From NCBI GenBank assembly GCA_002633005.1, contig NMRA01000326.1:353456-417455 (forward strand): DNA of 64,000 bases. Reading direction: 5' to 3'. Position numbers and translations under genes: made by a program. The notes under the pieces were generated by a model. It was not told the DNA's origin, did no database searches, and saw nothing but the letters and a program-made list of their open reading frames with translations. Positions 51,107 to 64,000 of this stretch are shown piece by piece (the first letter of the stretch is position 1; each line of letters begins with the position of its first letter). This stretch comes from Phoronis australis (taxonomy: Eukaryota; Animalia; Phoronida).

Positions 51107-54100
51107 TAAATGATTGTACTGCAACAGACTTCCTACAAATTCTGAAAAAATGATCAATGAAAAAAATTGTCAGCCGATGTTCAACAACATAGAGTGTTCA
51201 TGAAAGAATATATGCACAGTGCTTTTACAGCACTATCAAATTTAAAGTTTAAGTTTAAATTATGAAATTAATAAAAAAATGTAGACCATTGTTACGTGAT
51301 GTCTCAGTCACAACCCTGCCGCAAGAATTTTACTTAATACACTGTTACTTGTATCCTACTTGTGTGACATGGTTGAATTTGACTGGATTATAAAATATCA
51401 CTGAAATGATATTCGTAAAATCTGAGAATTTCTCGACTCTCCCCACAAATGCATGCGAAAAACAGGTGTACTCTGTAAGTGCTTTATGCATAAGCATGCG
51501 CTACTTTGAATTTCAATGTAAAATTGGTAACTAGGCAAAGCATCAGTAATTGTTAACAACTTTCCTTACAAATCTGGAGTCTCCATGACGTCTGGCAAGC
51601 CCATTACAGAAACATACTGGGATGGCTTATGATGAAAAGGACAATACACTTTCATACTTTCAACTGGAATGGTTTCTATATAGCATTGACTATTCCAAAC
51701 TCTAGGAATTAATCACAGTATGGTGAGATTTTAGAGATGTTCATTGACGTTGGGGCCATGGGTTTGTATTTAGTGTCAGTGCAAACTTCCTGCAAGCACA
51801 TGAAGAAAAAGAGATGAACATCAGAACATTCAAAGCTTCATCTGGATTTTAAAGAATTCAGTTTGTAAACCAAATTTCAACTAATTATCAAACAACAGCA
51901 ATGCAGAGGGTCCGTATGCTTTGCAGATACAAGGGATGATAATTAGTTTCAACTTTCACTAGTAAACTTAAAACAGCCACTTACAGTGAGGTCCTGCGAA
52001 TGTAGTCTATTTATAGAACATGTTGCTGGTGAGCTGTCTCATTGGTCTGGGGAAGTTTGTCCATAATGTATGTGACTTTACGGGTCATAACTTAAGGTAG
52101 GCTGTGCCACCGTACGAGCAGTGTAAAAATAGCCAGTTGCCGATTTGGGCAACTGAACGAAGGACTGCTTATGAGAGTATTTGTTCGAGTTGAAAGGAAT
52201 TAAAGACATAAACGGCCTTCTCAGATGTCCCTGTATCACAAAAGGTACTTATAGCAATGTGACTTTGATGTTTAAAACAGTGTGATGCAGAATTCATCGA
52301 AAAGTTTCCGGCGCATGAAGCGCTTACAGGAGCATCACCGTCTCTACTAAAACCAGTTGAGACGGAGGCACTGTCTAACTTTAAGGATGCTTAATGTCGG
52401 GCATATCCCTTGTGTGACTTAACCATCAGTCACAGTTTAAACGTCTCTCATGTATATAGTGACACCTTTGAATGTTAATCAGACCTTTCAACTCGGGCAT
52501 AGTCAAGGCCCTCAATGCCCCTGAAAAATAACTAAAAATCCAGCAAAATTCTCCCATCAGGCACAAATAGCGGGAAAGGGTGAAATTGATGGTGACAGGG
52601 GGTGGGTGAATTTCCGCCGTAACCCAGAAATATCATCTCATATGGTACAGGCACCTGTCCCCTCAGGTAAGCGAGAAGCATGCATCTTCACATTACTTAC
52701 AATCAAAACGTTAAATCAAACGGAACAGTGTATCCTGGGTAACATGACTTAGCAGTGTTCTCCACAACAGAAAAACTGCAGTTACAAATTCATATACATT
52801 TGAATAAAAACGTACATAAAGCAGGGAGTTGGTGTGTTAAGTCTAATAGAATAAGTGTAATTAATTGGTACAAAAAATCCAATATAACCTCACTTGCTTC
52901 AGATATCACCAATCTCCCATTACTTCTAACTCATTGCATACGTGTTCAAACTGGTCATGACTAAATTCTAACTTGACACAGTGATGAGCCAAAGCAGGTT
53001 GTATAGAACACTGCTTAGCCTGGCTGCAACGCCGAGGGCAGGAAGCACACAGAGGACATGGCTCACAATCTAGGTCAATCCCACACCTGAACTGGATCAG
53101 CTATTCTCAAAACTTAGAGACATGTGTCACATGTTTGCACGCACACAACAAAATATTAAGTTTTGGAAGTGTGGAAACAAGTTTGCAGTTGACTGATGGT
53201 GTAAAGTTGGACTTGAAGCAATCGAGATTTGAGGTGCTAATGTAACATCATTTTGGTAATTGTTTACAATATGACGACATTGACAAACAAACATGATTTT
53301 GTTATCGTTCGATTCAACTTATTGTTCTCATTCCATAATAATATGAATGTATTCCCAACCGCCTTTCCTCACTGGTTTATTGTCAAATTTCTATTCACAC
53401 TATTTCCCATTTGAAAAGGCTATGTTAGCTCAACTCAAGATTACAGCGACACTTGTTGCTAAATGGTGCTTGCTCACAAGATTCCCCCTAAAGTTCTCCT
53501 AAGATAACATGGAGCAACATTTCACTCTTTTCCATAAATTTTTGGAATTGTAATCATTTGACCCCTTTTCCCAAAATTCTGTGAATTTGGACCTTGAAAA
53601 CAACCCTTGTCGCAGATTATTGTTGACAGATACGTACATACCAGGGTCACCATAGGAATTAAAATCCTTAGGACCACTTTTCTTCACAACCTTGGGCAAG
53701 AGGCATTAAGTTTAAAAAATTGCTGGATGAAAGCAAAACCTGATTTTACCCACATCAACCATAGTTCACTCTGTTATGGGGCTGTTAACAACATATACAT
53801 ATATATGTATATAAAATACCATTTTGACAAAAATGGTGTTCAACTATTGCTAAGGAAATCTGGCAAAATTCTTTTCATAACAAATTTCCATGGAGTCAAC
53901 TAGATTGTTTTTGGGAAAACCATTCTACTTTGTCATTCTAACCTTAAACGTTTGCATCTAAACAGTTTGATTGTTGACTGACATCTGGTGGCAAGTTAAA
54001 ACTTATTAGACTAATCAACTGGACAACAGGTGTCATGAAAAGTTAATTTACACCAGAACAAAACATGTTACAATTATTTAGGGAGAATTAATATTAGAAC

Positions 54101-54230
54101 TGGCATTGGTAGCTTTTGTTTGCTGTTTGGAGTCTGTCATGAATGGTGATACATTGGTAAGAAAGCCACACTTAGAAATGTCAAAAAGTACGTCATACCA
54201 GCTCAGTGTACATTTTTGTAACAAACATAG

Positions 54231-54768
54231 TGTAGTAATAGCCGAGATTACCCGACTCGGGGATCGAACCCGCGACCCCCATAAAACCGGCAAGCGTGCT
54301 AACCATTCAGCTAATAGGCAATTGCCCGTTAGCGAGTAGCTAACAGAGGCTCATATAATTCACCGGAAGCACATCTACAACATTCCCCCCTTTCCTACGG
54401 AACGGGCACGCGACAGGAAGGTGAACACCAGGATGTCTCGCATACAGGTCATCAACGTCCCTTGGTACCTTTACCACCACAACACAGGTGAACACAAGGT
54501 CGTCTCTCATACAGGTCCTTGACTCCTGGAACCTTCCACGCGTGCTGTCCCGAGGTCCGTGGGTACTAGTTGGCAGTGCTTCATCGGTAGATCATCCGTT
54601 TGCCGACTACGCCATTTGTAGTAATAGCCGAGATTACCCGACCCGGGGATCGAACCCGCGACCCCCATAAAACCGGCAAGCGTGCTAACCATTCAGCTAA
54701 TAGGCAATTGCCCGTTAGCGAGTAGCTAACAGTGGCTCATATAATTCACCGGAAGCACATCTACAAAA
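54231..54768 (-). mobile_element. TRIM (538-bp non-autonomous LTR retrotransposon) with tRNA-like LTRs (Helenus-like)
   Basis: Two 152-bp LTRs (54231-54382, 54617-54768) with 3 differences; 4-bp TSD ATAG; PBS TGGCGTAGTCGGCA (tRNA-Ser) at 54601-54614; PPT AGGAAAGGGGGGAA at 54383-54396; A and B boxes inside each LTR. Confidence 0.93.
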
Positions 54769-56245
54769 ATAGGTATCTTCAGTGGAGAGGTTAAGCCTAG
54801 GGAATGGACAGTGTTCTCTATTGATACTGAACTCCTCTAAAAATTTGAGCTGAGCTTGGTATTAATATTATGAGAACACTGAGGTCTGTCAATTTGCACT
54901 TCTGAAGAGTGACACTCTGCACAATAGGGATGTCCGTAGATTAGTTCAGTTTTTGGCTGCTAGATGACTCCTTCCATTTAACATGGCAATACCACTCATG
55001 GGGAAATCGTGCAAGCAGAAGTTTGGTGATAAAATACTAAGGGAACGGGTTAGGAGATATTTACGTGTATTTTTGGAATGATAACGTTATCAAACTCATA
55101 TGCGTAGGTCAATGTTGTCATATTGTAAACAATTATCGTCATTTCAACTGCATGCAAGGCTGAATGAAAATTTATAACAGTCCACATACCCTAATCAATT
55201 GCAAAATTTTGTTTATTGTGACATGAATTGCATGATGCATTGCCAAAAGTCAAAACGAATAACAAGCTAAAAGAAAATTGATCAAATACCATTTCGAATT
55301 TGTTATCAGCTGTTCAGGGTTTCAGCCACAAACATTAAACACGAATTGTCTCAACTGATAACTCTACTGAGTACACAGCAAAAAAGACTCGTGATAGCAG
55401 GTGATCACATGCACTGCGAATTCACAATTTGAATCAGATACCTTGGTTTGTGCTTGTGACTGCACGTCTTCATTGTTCCGCACACGTGAACAACCTCAAC
55501 AAGTAGCGAGGACAGCATTCTTCAGCGAATCGCTTCGCGTATCTGTCACCGTGTTAAATTCGCTCACTACAATCGGCAAAAAATAACTAAAAAATGTAAT
55601 AAATGTGAATAAAAATTATTGCAAACTATGANTTGAAAAATGCTGTCCTCCCTACAACAAGTCCGCGGCATCAGTGTCAATTCACATTTCACAACTTCCC
55701 GGATTAACTGAACGATTTTACACGTTTATGATAGCTTGAATATTCTTAGTCTAATTTTACCTGTCTATTTAAGCATATCTTGAATAAAGAAGGCTAGTAC
55801 TCTGTGTTTTCTTCTTAAAATCTGCAGCACTGGAAATTAAAATGGCGACATTTTTTTCCACACCACGACACACCAAGAAAACGGCAATGTAGAATAATTC
55901 AAATGTGCTAATATTGAGTAATAAAAGAAATTTCAAAATTTAAAATATTTTTTTGTGTTTGAATAATGACGCAAATAATTTTGTTTTGAATATTTATGAT
56001 TTATAAAAATGAAAGGGGGAATTTACAGCCTTAATGAACAAATAATAAACAACAATGTTAACAGATTTATCTTAAAAATCTCGAGTAAGTTCACTTACCG
56101 ATTAATTGATTTATAAAATTCAATTTATCCTGTAGAATTTAGTGATTTTGTGATGAAAATTAATACTTTATACAGATAATTGTACAATTAGTATTAATTG
56201 TGTGGCTTCTGTTAAACCGGAAACCCAAACATTTACAGTAAACAA

Positions 56246-59200
56246 ATGGCGGCAAGAGAAGTTTTGACCAAATTTTGGTGCTTTTCCCTCCTTCAGTATG
56301 CAGTCGCTAACTCAATAACATTTCAGACACCACAAGACTGCAAAAAAGGTGTCAATTATAACGAATATTTTCACATTGGCCGTCTGGAATGTCGCCAATG
56401 CAGTCAAACGAAACAATTACAAACTGTCAGCGGCGATGGTAAGTAAACTAGCATGCCATGCGACGCGTCCTCACCTTCTGATCGTCCCAAAACACTATAC
56501 ATATTCATATACATATATATGTATATGTACATGTATATATATATTTATATGTTCAGCCGTCCATATCAAACACAAAACTCAATAAATTTACACAAAACGG
56601 GTTCAACAAACCATGAGCAATTTTTCTTCTGATTTTCTGATAGCATTTACAACTTGTCCTGCTCCAGCGTGTTCGCAGCAACTTCGCAGTCAAAGCACAA
56701 AAGTCTTCCCAACAAGTTGATGCGTACAGTCCCCTAGTCCTGTGTGTCATACCTTGCAGTACTATATATAGTGTATTGGGGACGATCAGAAGCTGAGGAC
56801 GCCTGTGGATAAACTGTTACCATTTTATTGGATGTCAGTAGTTTGAAAGTGTAGAATGAATTGTTGACAATCCAACTCTATTAATAACAATGATGTATAT
56901 ATGTGATAAATTGTTTACTGGTTACTATTTTCCAAATCCTCTCATCATGGTGATTCCAAAAATGTGTTACTCGTACCGATTGGTCTTTTTTATGCATCCA
57001 CATACTTATGTGTTGCATTTTTTTTCATAGTCTGTATCTTTGATTTTTATGAAATTTAATACATGGTTTCTATTAAGGTGACAATGACGCCTTCTCATTT
57101 TCGGGTGCATTTGACTTATACTTCGCCATTCTGTACAAGACTAGCCGTTTTAACAATTTTCTAGTATCTTCAAACAGTTTCATCAGGATGTTGAATAGCA
57201 ACTGACACAGGGAAATTCATATTTAAAAAAGTGTTAAATACCAACTGCCATACCGGATGTACTGAGGAAGACATGAGGACTGAGGAAGACATGAGGACTG
57301 GCAGATGTTGAACATTTCTTTAGGTATTTAACACTTTTTGGATGGTAAATATGAATTTCCTTATGTCAATTTTTTAGTGTTTCTGACATCACACTCTCCA
57401 TCCACTAAACTGCTATTATAACTGCACGGAAATCAAGCCCTTTGAAAGAACTTAATGTTCACTTGAAGATTTGACTTTTTACAATTTGCTTGTCACTCCG
57501 TCTTTTGCATTTTTGTGAACTCGGGAATTGAAGCATTCACTGGACAGACTGGCTGACATTAGGGTCACCACATGACATCATTAGGGTCACTACTTGGCAG
57601 ACGATTTGATTTGTCGTTGTTAGACAGCAAAAAAAAGGCGAAATATAACTGGTAATACCGTTTGTGATTTCCTAAGCATATTATCAAGAGAATTTGATTT
57701 GGTTAGTGCCAAAACATTGAACAAGAGTTTTCCTCACATTCTTTTGGTTTATGTCCATTTAATCAATCAGTGACAAGTCCTCCAATGTGCCTTGTGCTCT
57801 GTTTAAGAGCTGAGTATTGGCTAATATCACTGTCTCATAGCCATAGCCCGTCTTCATTCTTTTGTCAGTTTTGGTTCAAAACTGTGTAAATAAGCAGCTT
57901 GATCAATGTTTGCCCGAGGCTGCGTTTTTGTGCCATTTGATGAAACCAAACTGTGAAGGATGCAAATTGACTCCATGAGTGAGCCACCTTAGATGCAACT
58001 TTTTGTTCAAAGGCTGTGATAAATGAAACTAAAAATAAATGAAAATCATTACTATTATGTTGCCCTAACACTACGCTTTTTTCCTTTTTTGTTTGTTCGC
58101 ACTCTAAAGGTCGCATTTTTTACCGATTAGCACGAAATTTTCGCACAACCTGAATCTTCGGAGGTAATGGAAGTCTATTGTTTTTGTAATGTTCGGATTC
58201 AAAATGGCGGACGTGGTGGCCATTTTGTTAACAAATTCAGATTTAAATACTCTTAAAGGCCGCAATTTTTGAGGTAGGCAATTGAAAATAGGCAGTTATT
58301 GTTGCTGACATGTACTACGAAATTATTAGAAATCATTCACTTCTGGTTAAAGATGGCGGAAATATCAGCCATTGCGCATGCGCACCTCAATTTTTGGACA
58401 AAAACATTTTATCTTGTATAGGGTACATTGTAGGACCAGTTGCTTCGAAATTTTTCATGTTTTGGTTTCTTGTGACTAGCTATTATCCAGTCTGCTCAAC
58501 CAGAAGTTGCTTTCAAGATGGCGCATTTTCACCCATTTTCAGTTGTGCTGGGGTGCCATTTTGAATGCAAAGCCTGGAACAATTTTTTTCTCAGACTTAA
58601 CGTTTTTGAGTTGTTTGCCTTTGCAAAATTTGAAAATTAACGAAAATTTTACAGAACTTTGTGAAATTATCCAGTTAGATAGTCTTAAATGGGCTTTAAG
58701 AAACTGTTTTCCATTTTGCACTAGGATGTCTACTTTTTGAATTATTCGAGATTTTCTGATAACGCTGTTCCTTTCTTGATGGATTTTGCTGCACTGTTGT
58801 TGGTTCACCTTCTATTGAACAACACTGTGGCCCATTTCTTACTGATTTCTGACGTCTTCTTTTGTCATATGAATGTTGTCATGATGTTCATCATCGCCAA
58901 CATCGACAATGTGATCATAATCTCCATTGAGGTCTTTTCAGTTTATTTCCACAGGTGTTGTTGCTTCTCCGAGCGCTTTCATCATAATCATCATCATCAT
59001 CATCTCAATCGCCGTCTTTTCACTTAATTTCGCCAAGTGTCGCTCCTCCAAGTGCTTTCATTTAGTTCTTTGATTTCCATGCTGTGCCTTTCATTCATAA
59101 CAGCCCAGCTAGATTGTTTAATTTTCCGAAGCCAAATGCACGACATCGTTGCTCTATGAGTAGGTCATCACAATATTGGTCTTATAAGGGGTAGATTCAA

Positions 59201-62200
59201 TAACACAGTCACAAAAATGGCGTCAAAACAGACGAATATTATGAAGAATAAAAGCTTGTCTCATACTTAGCGAGTGTGTTTTTAAAGATTTCGGGACTAA
59301 GTTTCATGCACCTCAAAAAATTCAAATGGACCCCAAAAATATTGGTAGGTGGATTTACTGGACCCCAGTTTTTGGAAGATTAGGACGAACAGTGCTTTAT
59401 AGCCATGTGGATTAAAAAATTGGAGAAACAAATACTGACACAAAATTAATGTAATTTAAAATGTAGTGAACCTTGATAATTTATGAGTATGTGGATTAGT
59501 GTAATGTTATAGATGTTCTTATGGTGAATGATAGGAGCCTCTGTTAGCCTCTTGCTAACATGCAATGGCCCATAAGCTGAATGGTTAGCATGCTTGTCGG
59601 TTTTATCGGAGTGGTTGATTCTATTCCCGAATTGGGTAATCTTGGCAATTACGTACTGCAATTGCTGAATTGTCTTAGTCAGCAAACGGATGATCTACCG
59701 ATGAAGCACTCAGGGGCCTGTGGACCTTGATGGGGGCGCATGGTGTGGATCCTGAATACAAGGAGAGCGTTGCTGAGGGCAAATTCCAGGACACTAGGTG
59801 GTATTGCTGAGGTCATGGGGGCGCAAACTCCAGGACGCTATGGTATTGCTTAGATCTGTAGCCAGCAAGCCTGCTATGCAGGAAAGGGGGGAATGTAGTA
59901 GGTGTGCTTCCGTTGAATCTGTTACCCACTCACTTATGGCCAATTGCCTATTAGCTGAATGGTTGGCACGTTTACTGGTTTTATGAGGGCCACTGGTTCG
60001 TTTCCAGGTCAGCAATTACTACAGTCAGCAGGTAATTGTACCAATTTTTGACATCTTTCAGATAATTTTGTAGCCTTCTTTGTCTAGGCCTACTCATTCA
60101 GCCTCTGACTCAGGTGTGGCCACCGTAAGGCCTACTGCATACTTGATGTGCAGCAGTTGTGGATCTCACATACTTTGTTCAATCCAACCAGATGATCTTC
60201 TAAATTTATAGTCCGTAAGTCCGTCACGATTCTTTACTGTCCTGTTATGCAGTTATGGGTTTTGACTCGATACAAATAATCTGACACAAAAGTGCTGGAC
60301 CCTTCAAGGAGAGGGGCTTTCTTACACACTCCTTTATTTATCATGGCTGAATCTAACACTGGTTGATCGTCCAAATAACTTAAACTGTGCCTTTGCGATA
60401 CTTGAAGGAAGCTGTCTTGTGCGCCACAGTACCAGTTTCATTTAAATTGGCTCAGCAGGGCTTGACGCTCAACATTATGTCAACTCGCTAAATGTGACTT
60501 GTCAAAATTCGCTGGTTGCTAAACAATAACTGTGGTTGCCAAAACATGGAAACCGTGTGAGGTCATCTGTGCGAGGTCATCTGTGCGAGGTCATCTCCAT
60601 ACGATCAGCACATGCTCCTTATGCATGACTGAAAAATTTGTGCTGGATGATTCTGACTCCCGTCTGTTTACGTCCTGTAATATTTGTGCTGGATGATTGT
60701 GACTCCCGTCTGTTTGCATCCTGTAGTATTTTGAGTGTGTGCTCGGATGTGTGCATGCCATGGTGACTTCGTGACAACTTGAGATTTTTTACAGGTCGCC
60801 AAACAAAACCTGAGGTTGTATCATTGGAGATCTGCAGGTCACTAAATCAAGCCTTGCTAAGTGTCTATCGAGAGAGGGTTTCTCTAAAAACAGGATCACG
60901 GATATTCCTGTTCACATTTGATACTGTGCCCTTGGTGCATTTGATGGTAAAAGGTGTACTTTTTTAAAAAGTTGTACCCAGCAGACTTAGTGTATATAAA
61001 GGGGTTAAACATGAAATAGAAACCCCAAGGGCAATAGAAATAAGAACAGAGTCATGATTTACCCGACTGGCTCTTAGTTGACTAGAATCTTGTATTTTTG
61101 GAATAGTATTGCGTTTTAAAAGATGTGCCGGGGGTACACTGCTGCAATGTACTTGTGCCTTTTTATTTTTTGATGCGCTTTTAGTGCAAAGGCGCAGTCC
61201 AGGAATATCCGTGAGGATGAATGAACTCTGGTGGCTACCCAACATTATTATATGTATTCAAGAGTGCATATTATACAAGCTACAGTACATTATTATATGT
61301 ATTCAAGAGTGCATATTATACAAGCTACAGTACATTATTATATGTATTCAAGAGTGCATATTATACAAGCTACAGTACATTATTATATGTATTCAAGAGT
61401 GCATGTTATACAAGCTACAGTACATTATTATATGTATTCAAGAGTGCATATTATATGTATTCAAGAGTGCATATTATACAAGCTACAGTACAAGACAAAA
61501 GTAATCAGACAAAATACCGTTTTTTGTCATGACAACTTATTCTGTTAACAGCATAAGTAATGACTGGTAATAACAATTGCTGAGGGTGGCATAATGCTAA
61601 TTGCAAAATGGCTTAGCCACTTAACCAGTTATCGCGTTAATTATCCTTTATTCTTGGTCATGACGTAAGACAAATCTGACAATGAAATTGGCTTCCACCC
61701 AGCTGTCATGATGGTGATTTGAGAGGATTTTGCTGAGTACTTTTGACTAGTACTACAGCTGTAACTGCAGTTCCAGTCTGACTGTTGCCGATTCACGAAG
61801 CGTCAAACCACTTTTATGGGGTTGTAGTTAAAGCACTCACATTACTAGTAGCCATTCGCACCAGCTGGGTACACAGCCCTAGTAGACTTATGCACCTTTG
61901 TGAAAACACATGGTTCAGTAAACAGTTTCAAAACGTCTCTCTATCTGAATATTCGAAACAGTAATACTTGGCTTTAATAAAATTACTCAGAGTTGTATGA
62001 CCAACACCTTAATGCCCTCTAACAGGGAATATCATAACTAAAAGCAATGATCTTCTGTCATTACGAGAAGGGGATAAAACACACCAACTTTCCATCGTCC
62101 TTGCTCCTAAACCTAGCAAGACCATTTCTTATCATTAACTGTGCACAAGTCACCCACAGTGTTGAGACTCCGGCCATCCTTCACTAGGAACCAGACCCTG

Positions 62201-64000
62201 ACAGCTGGTTACCTAAAGCCTCCCAAAACATCTGTTATACCATGAGTCTAAAAAATGCTTTCAAAAGCTAAGTGCCACAAACCATGATTTGCAGTTATCA
62301 TGATCACATTCATCCTTGAGTAAAACAAATAGGTTATAGGTGTTGCAATTGTGCCGTTATTCAGTTACTAAGTGTGCACAACAATGTTCATTCCTGTTGA
62401 ACACCGTGAAATAGAGCACCACCTATTGGCCAATTTCTTTGTTTGCTGATTTTTCAATCGACTATTCTTCTTTCACAAGGTTGCGTACAGTTCCTGACAA
62501 TTTACCAGAGTTGGTGTCACTTTGTTATATTAGTTTTTAGCATTTTATAACTAGTTAAGCTAATTTCTGGGGAAATTTTATTTTGGGAAGATTTCATCAT
62601 CACCCGGAAAGTTTGAAAAAAAACTAGCCTCTGGCTCATGTGCATGTCATGAGCAAAATGTTTTTCAGTCGACGGCAGACTTTTCTTTACCAAAGTCGGA
62701 GAATTGCTCAAATAAATAACATATATTGGACAAGTGTAACAGACAAGTATCAGTTGAATCGCACACTTTGTCTTAAGTGGCTACCAGTTTGCTCATCATT
62801 TTAAAACTTACTTATTTCACTTTATTTTTCCAACACTTTCAGGATTGTCATGTGTTTGTGAAAGAGGACATCGTTTGACCAAAGACAATGGAGGCAGTGA
62901 AATAACGTGTGTAGCTTGTCCACCCAATGAGGTAATTGCTGCTGAAAGCTTCATACGCTCTTCCATATGTCAACAGATTATGAATTTAGTTTGTCTGTAG
63001 TACTAATTTTTCTGAAATAATACTGGTACTAGTTGATTCATGCTCTAAAGTAGAAGTGCGAGGGTGTTGTAGTAAACACCTTGAATTAAAGTGCTCAAGC
63101 CATCATTTACTTTATTTTTACAAAGTGCTCAAGCCATCATTTACTTTATTTTTACAAGCGAATGCATTGTCAGCTTTATTGAACCTTCCTATGTAGCGTA
63201 TTTGAGACATAATGTATAGTTTTCATTTAAAAAATTTTCACCATTAGTGAAAGTGGCTGGGGTGTTATTTTGCTATGAATTTACCTTTCTTGCACATGGA
63301 AATTCGACTTAAGACACATGGTCACGTGACAATAATAAACAGACAGAAAATATATGCTTTTAATTGTTGACAAAGCATAGTTTTTTCGATATTTGACTTA
63401 GAGTTAAGGTCTTTTATTGAGGTTCTAAATAACCATAATGACATCTATTTTATTTAAGATTGATGTTTCAGCCAGTTTCATGAAATCTGGGTTATCTAAC
63501 AAAACTGTTTTAACAAGTAACAACAGGGTCAAAATAAATTTCCATTGTTCTTGAAACTACTTGTTACAACACTAAACCATTTTCATGCACTGTCGTATTA
63601 GCAACTAGCAGGGACTCATCTGGGATTTGAGAAGTGCGGTCCAAATTGGCTAGATTTACACTCACCATTTTTATGAGGATTCCACTTGAGATCACCGTGA
63701 CGTAACAAAACAGGAAGTATTCTCCCAATGAACATGGCACTATTTGCCTATAGTGAGTGTGTCATTTTATTTGTAAAAATGGACAGTTATTGCCTGTGAT
63801 CTTGATTTATGTCTGAATATTTATCAAACTAAAACAACAAATTGATGGTTAACCAGAAAAGTTCTACATTAAAATTGTCTATTGAAAAATTTCTTTGTTT
63901 ATTAAAATTAGGTTTGTGGATAGTCCAGTTTTGAGGATATGATTTGGTTGTTTTTCCAGGTTGCATCTGCTGACAAGTGGAGTTGTGTCAAGTGTGATCC
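56246..64000 (+). CDS. TMEM67: Meckelin (TMEM67/MKS3), first three coding exons; gene continues beyond the window
   Basis: Exons 56246-56438, 62843-62931 and 63960->64000 give a signal peptide, then SITFQTPQDCKKGVNYNEYFHIGRLECRQC...DGLSCVCERGHRLTKDNGGSEITCVACPPNEVASADKWSCVKC. This matches the Cys pattern of the meckelin N-terminal cysteine-rich domain; phases 1 and 0 fit. Confidence 0.85.
57202..57369. repeat. Intronic inverted repeat with an internal 18-bp duplication
   Basis: Arms ggaaattcatattta..aaaaagtgttaaatacc and ggtatttaacactttttg..taaatatgaatttcc. Confidence 0.75.
58045..59070 (+). mobile_element. Non-autonomous interspersed repeat, copy 2 (same family as 1955-3090)
   Basis: Colinear similarity to copy 1. 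Confidence 0.8.
59505..60023 (+). mobile_element. Older, diverged copy of the tRNA-LTR TRIM, in TMEM67 intron 1
   Basis: Two decayed LTRs containing agctgaatggtt(a/g)gca; degenerate PBS tgtcttagtcagcaaacggatgatctaccgatgaagcact; PPT aggaaaggggggaa; flanks gtaa / gtca. Confidence 0.85.
61242..61491. repeat. 45-bp minisatellite, about 5.5 copies (intronic)
   Basis: Unit acattattatatgtattcaagagtgcatattatacaagctacagt. Confidence 0.97.

Noticed and set aside
54240-54320. Functional tRNA gene
   Set aside because: A and B boxes are present but there is no proper cloverleaf; the segment is duplicated as part of TRIM LTRs.
53257-55136. About 60-bp inverted similarity (taattgtttacaatatgac.acattgac) 1.85 kb apart
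   Set aside because: No TSD or defined ends; most likely two fragments of a common repeat.
61109-61548. Three overlapping repetitive ORFs
   Set aside because: Translations of a 45-bp minisatellite in TMEM67 intron 1.

Overview
Animal genomic DNA (probably a marine invertebrate such as a lophotrochozoan; taxon is an inference) with spliceosomal introns, many transposon remnants and two assembly gaps. Three host genes can be reconstructed by hand. (1) A 9-exon plus-strand gene (CDS 3545-14453, 1139 aa, all intron phases compatible) encodes a mitochondrial-type presequence, two tandem HAD-superfamily phosphatase domains and a complete choline dehydrogenase (GMC oxidoreductase). A second presequence-like linker lies just before the dehydrogenase. 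This is the main candidate for an undescribed system: a possible phosphocholine -> choline -> betaine aldehyde fusion or polyprotein. (2) An RBM12/RBM12B-like gene with a single coding exon lies on the minus strand (17971-22659). (3) The first three coding exons of meckelin/TMEM67 lie on the plus strand from 56246, divergent from RBM12 as in the vertebrate RBM12B-TMEM67 locus. Mobile DNA includes the 5' end of a Copia-like LTR element, two copies of a miniature LTR element (TRIM) whose LTRs carry a tRNA-like Pol III promoter, a decayed Sola-type transposase, a LINE RT remnant, several MITEs and minisatellites. No database searches were possible; family calls rest on motif recognition.
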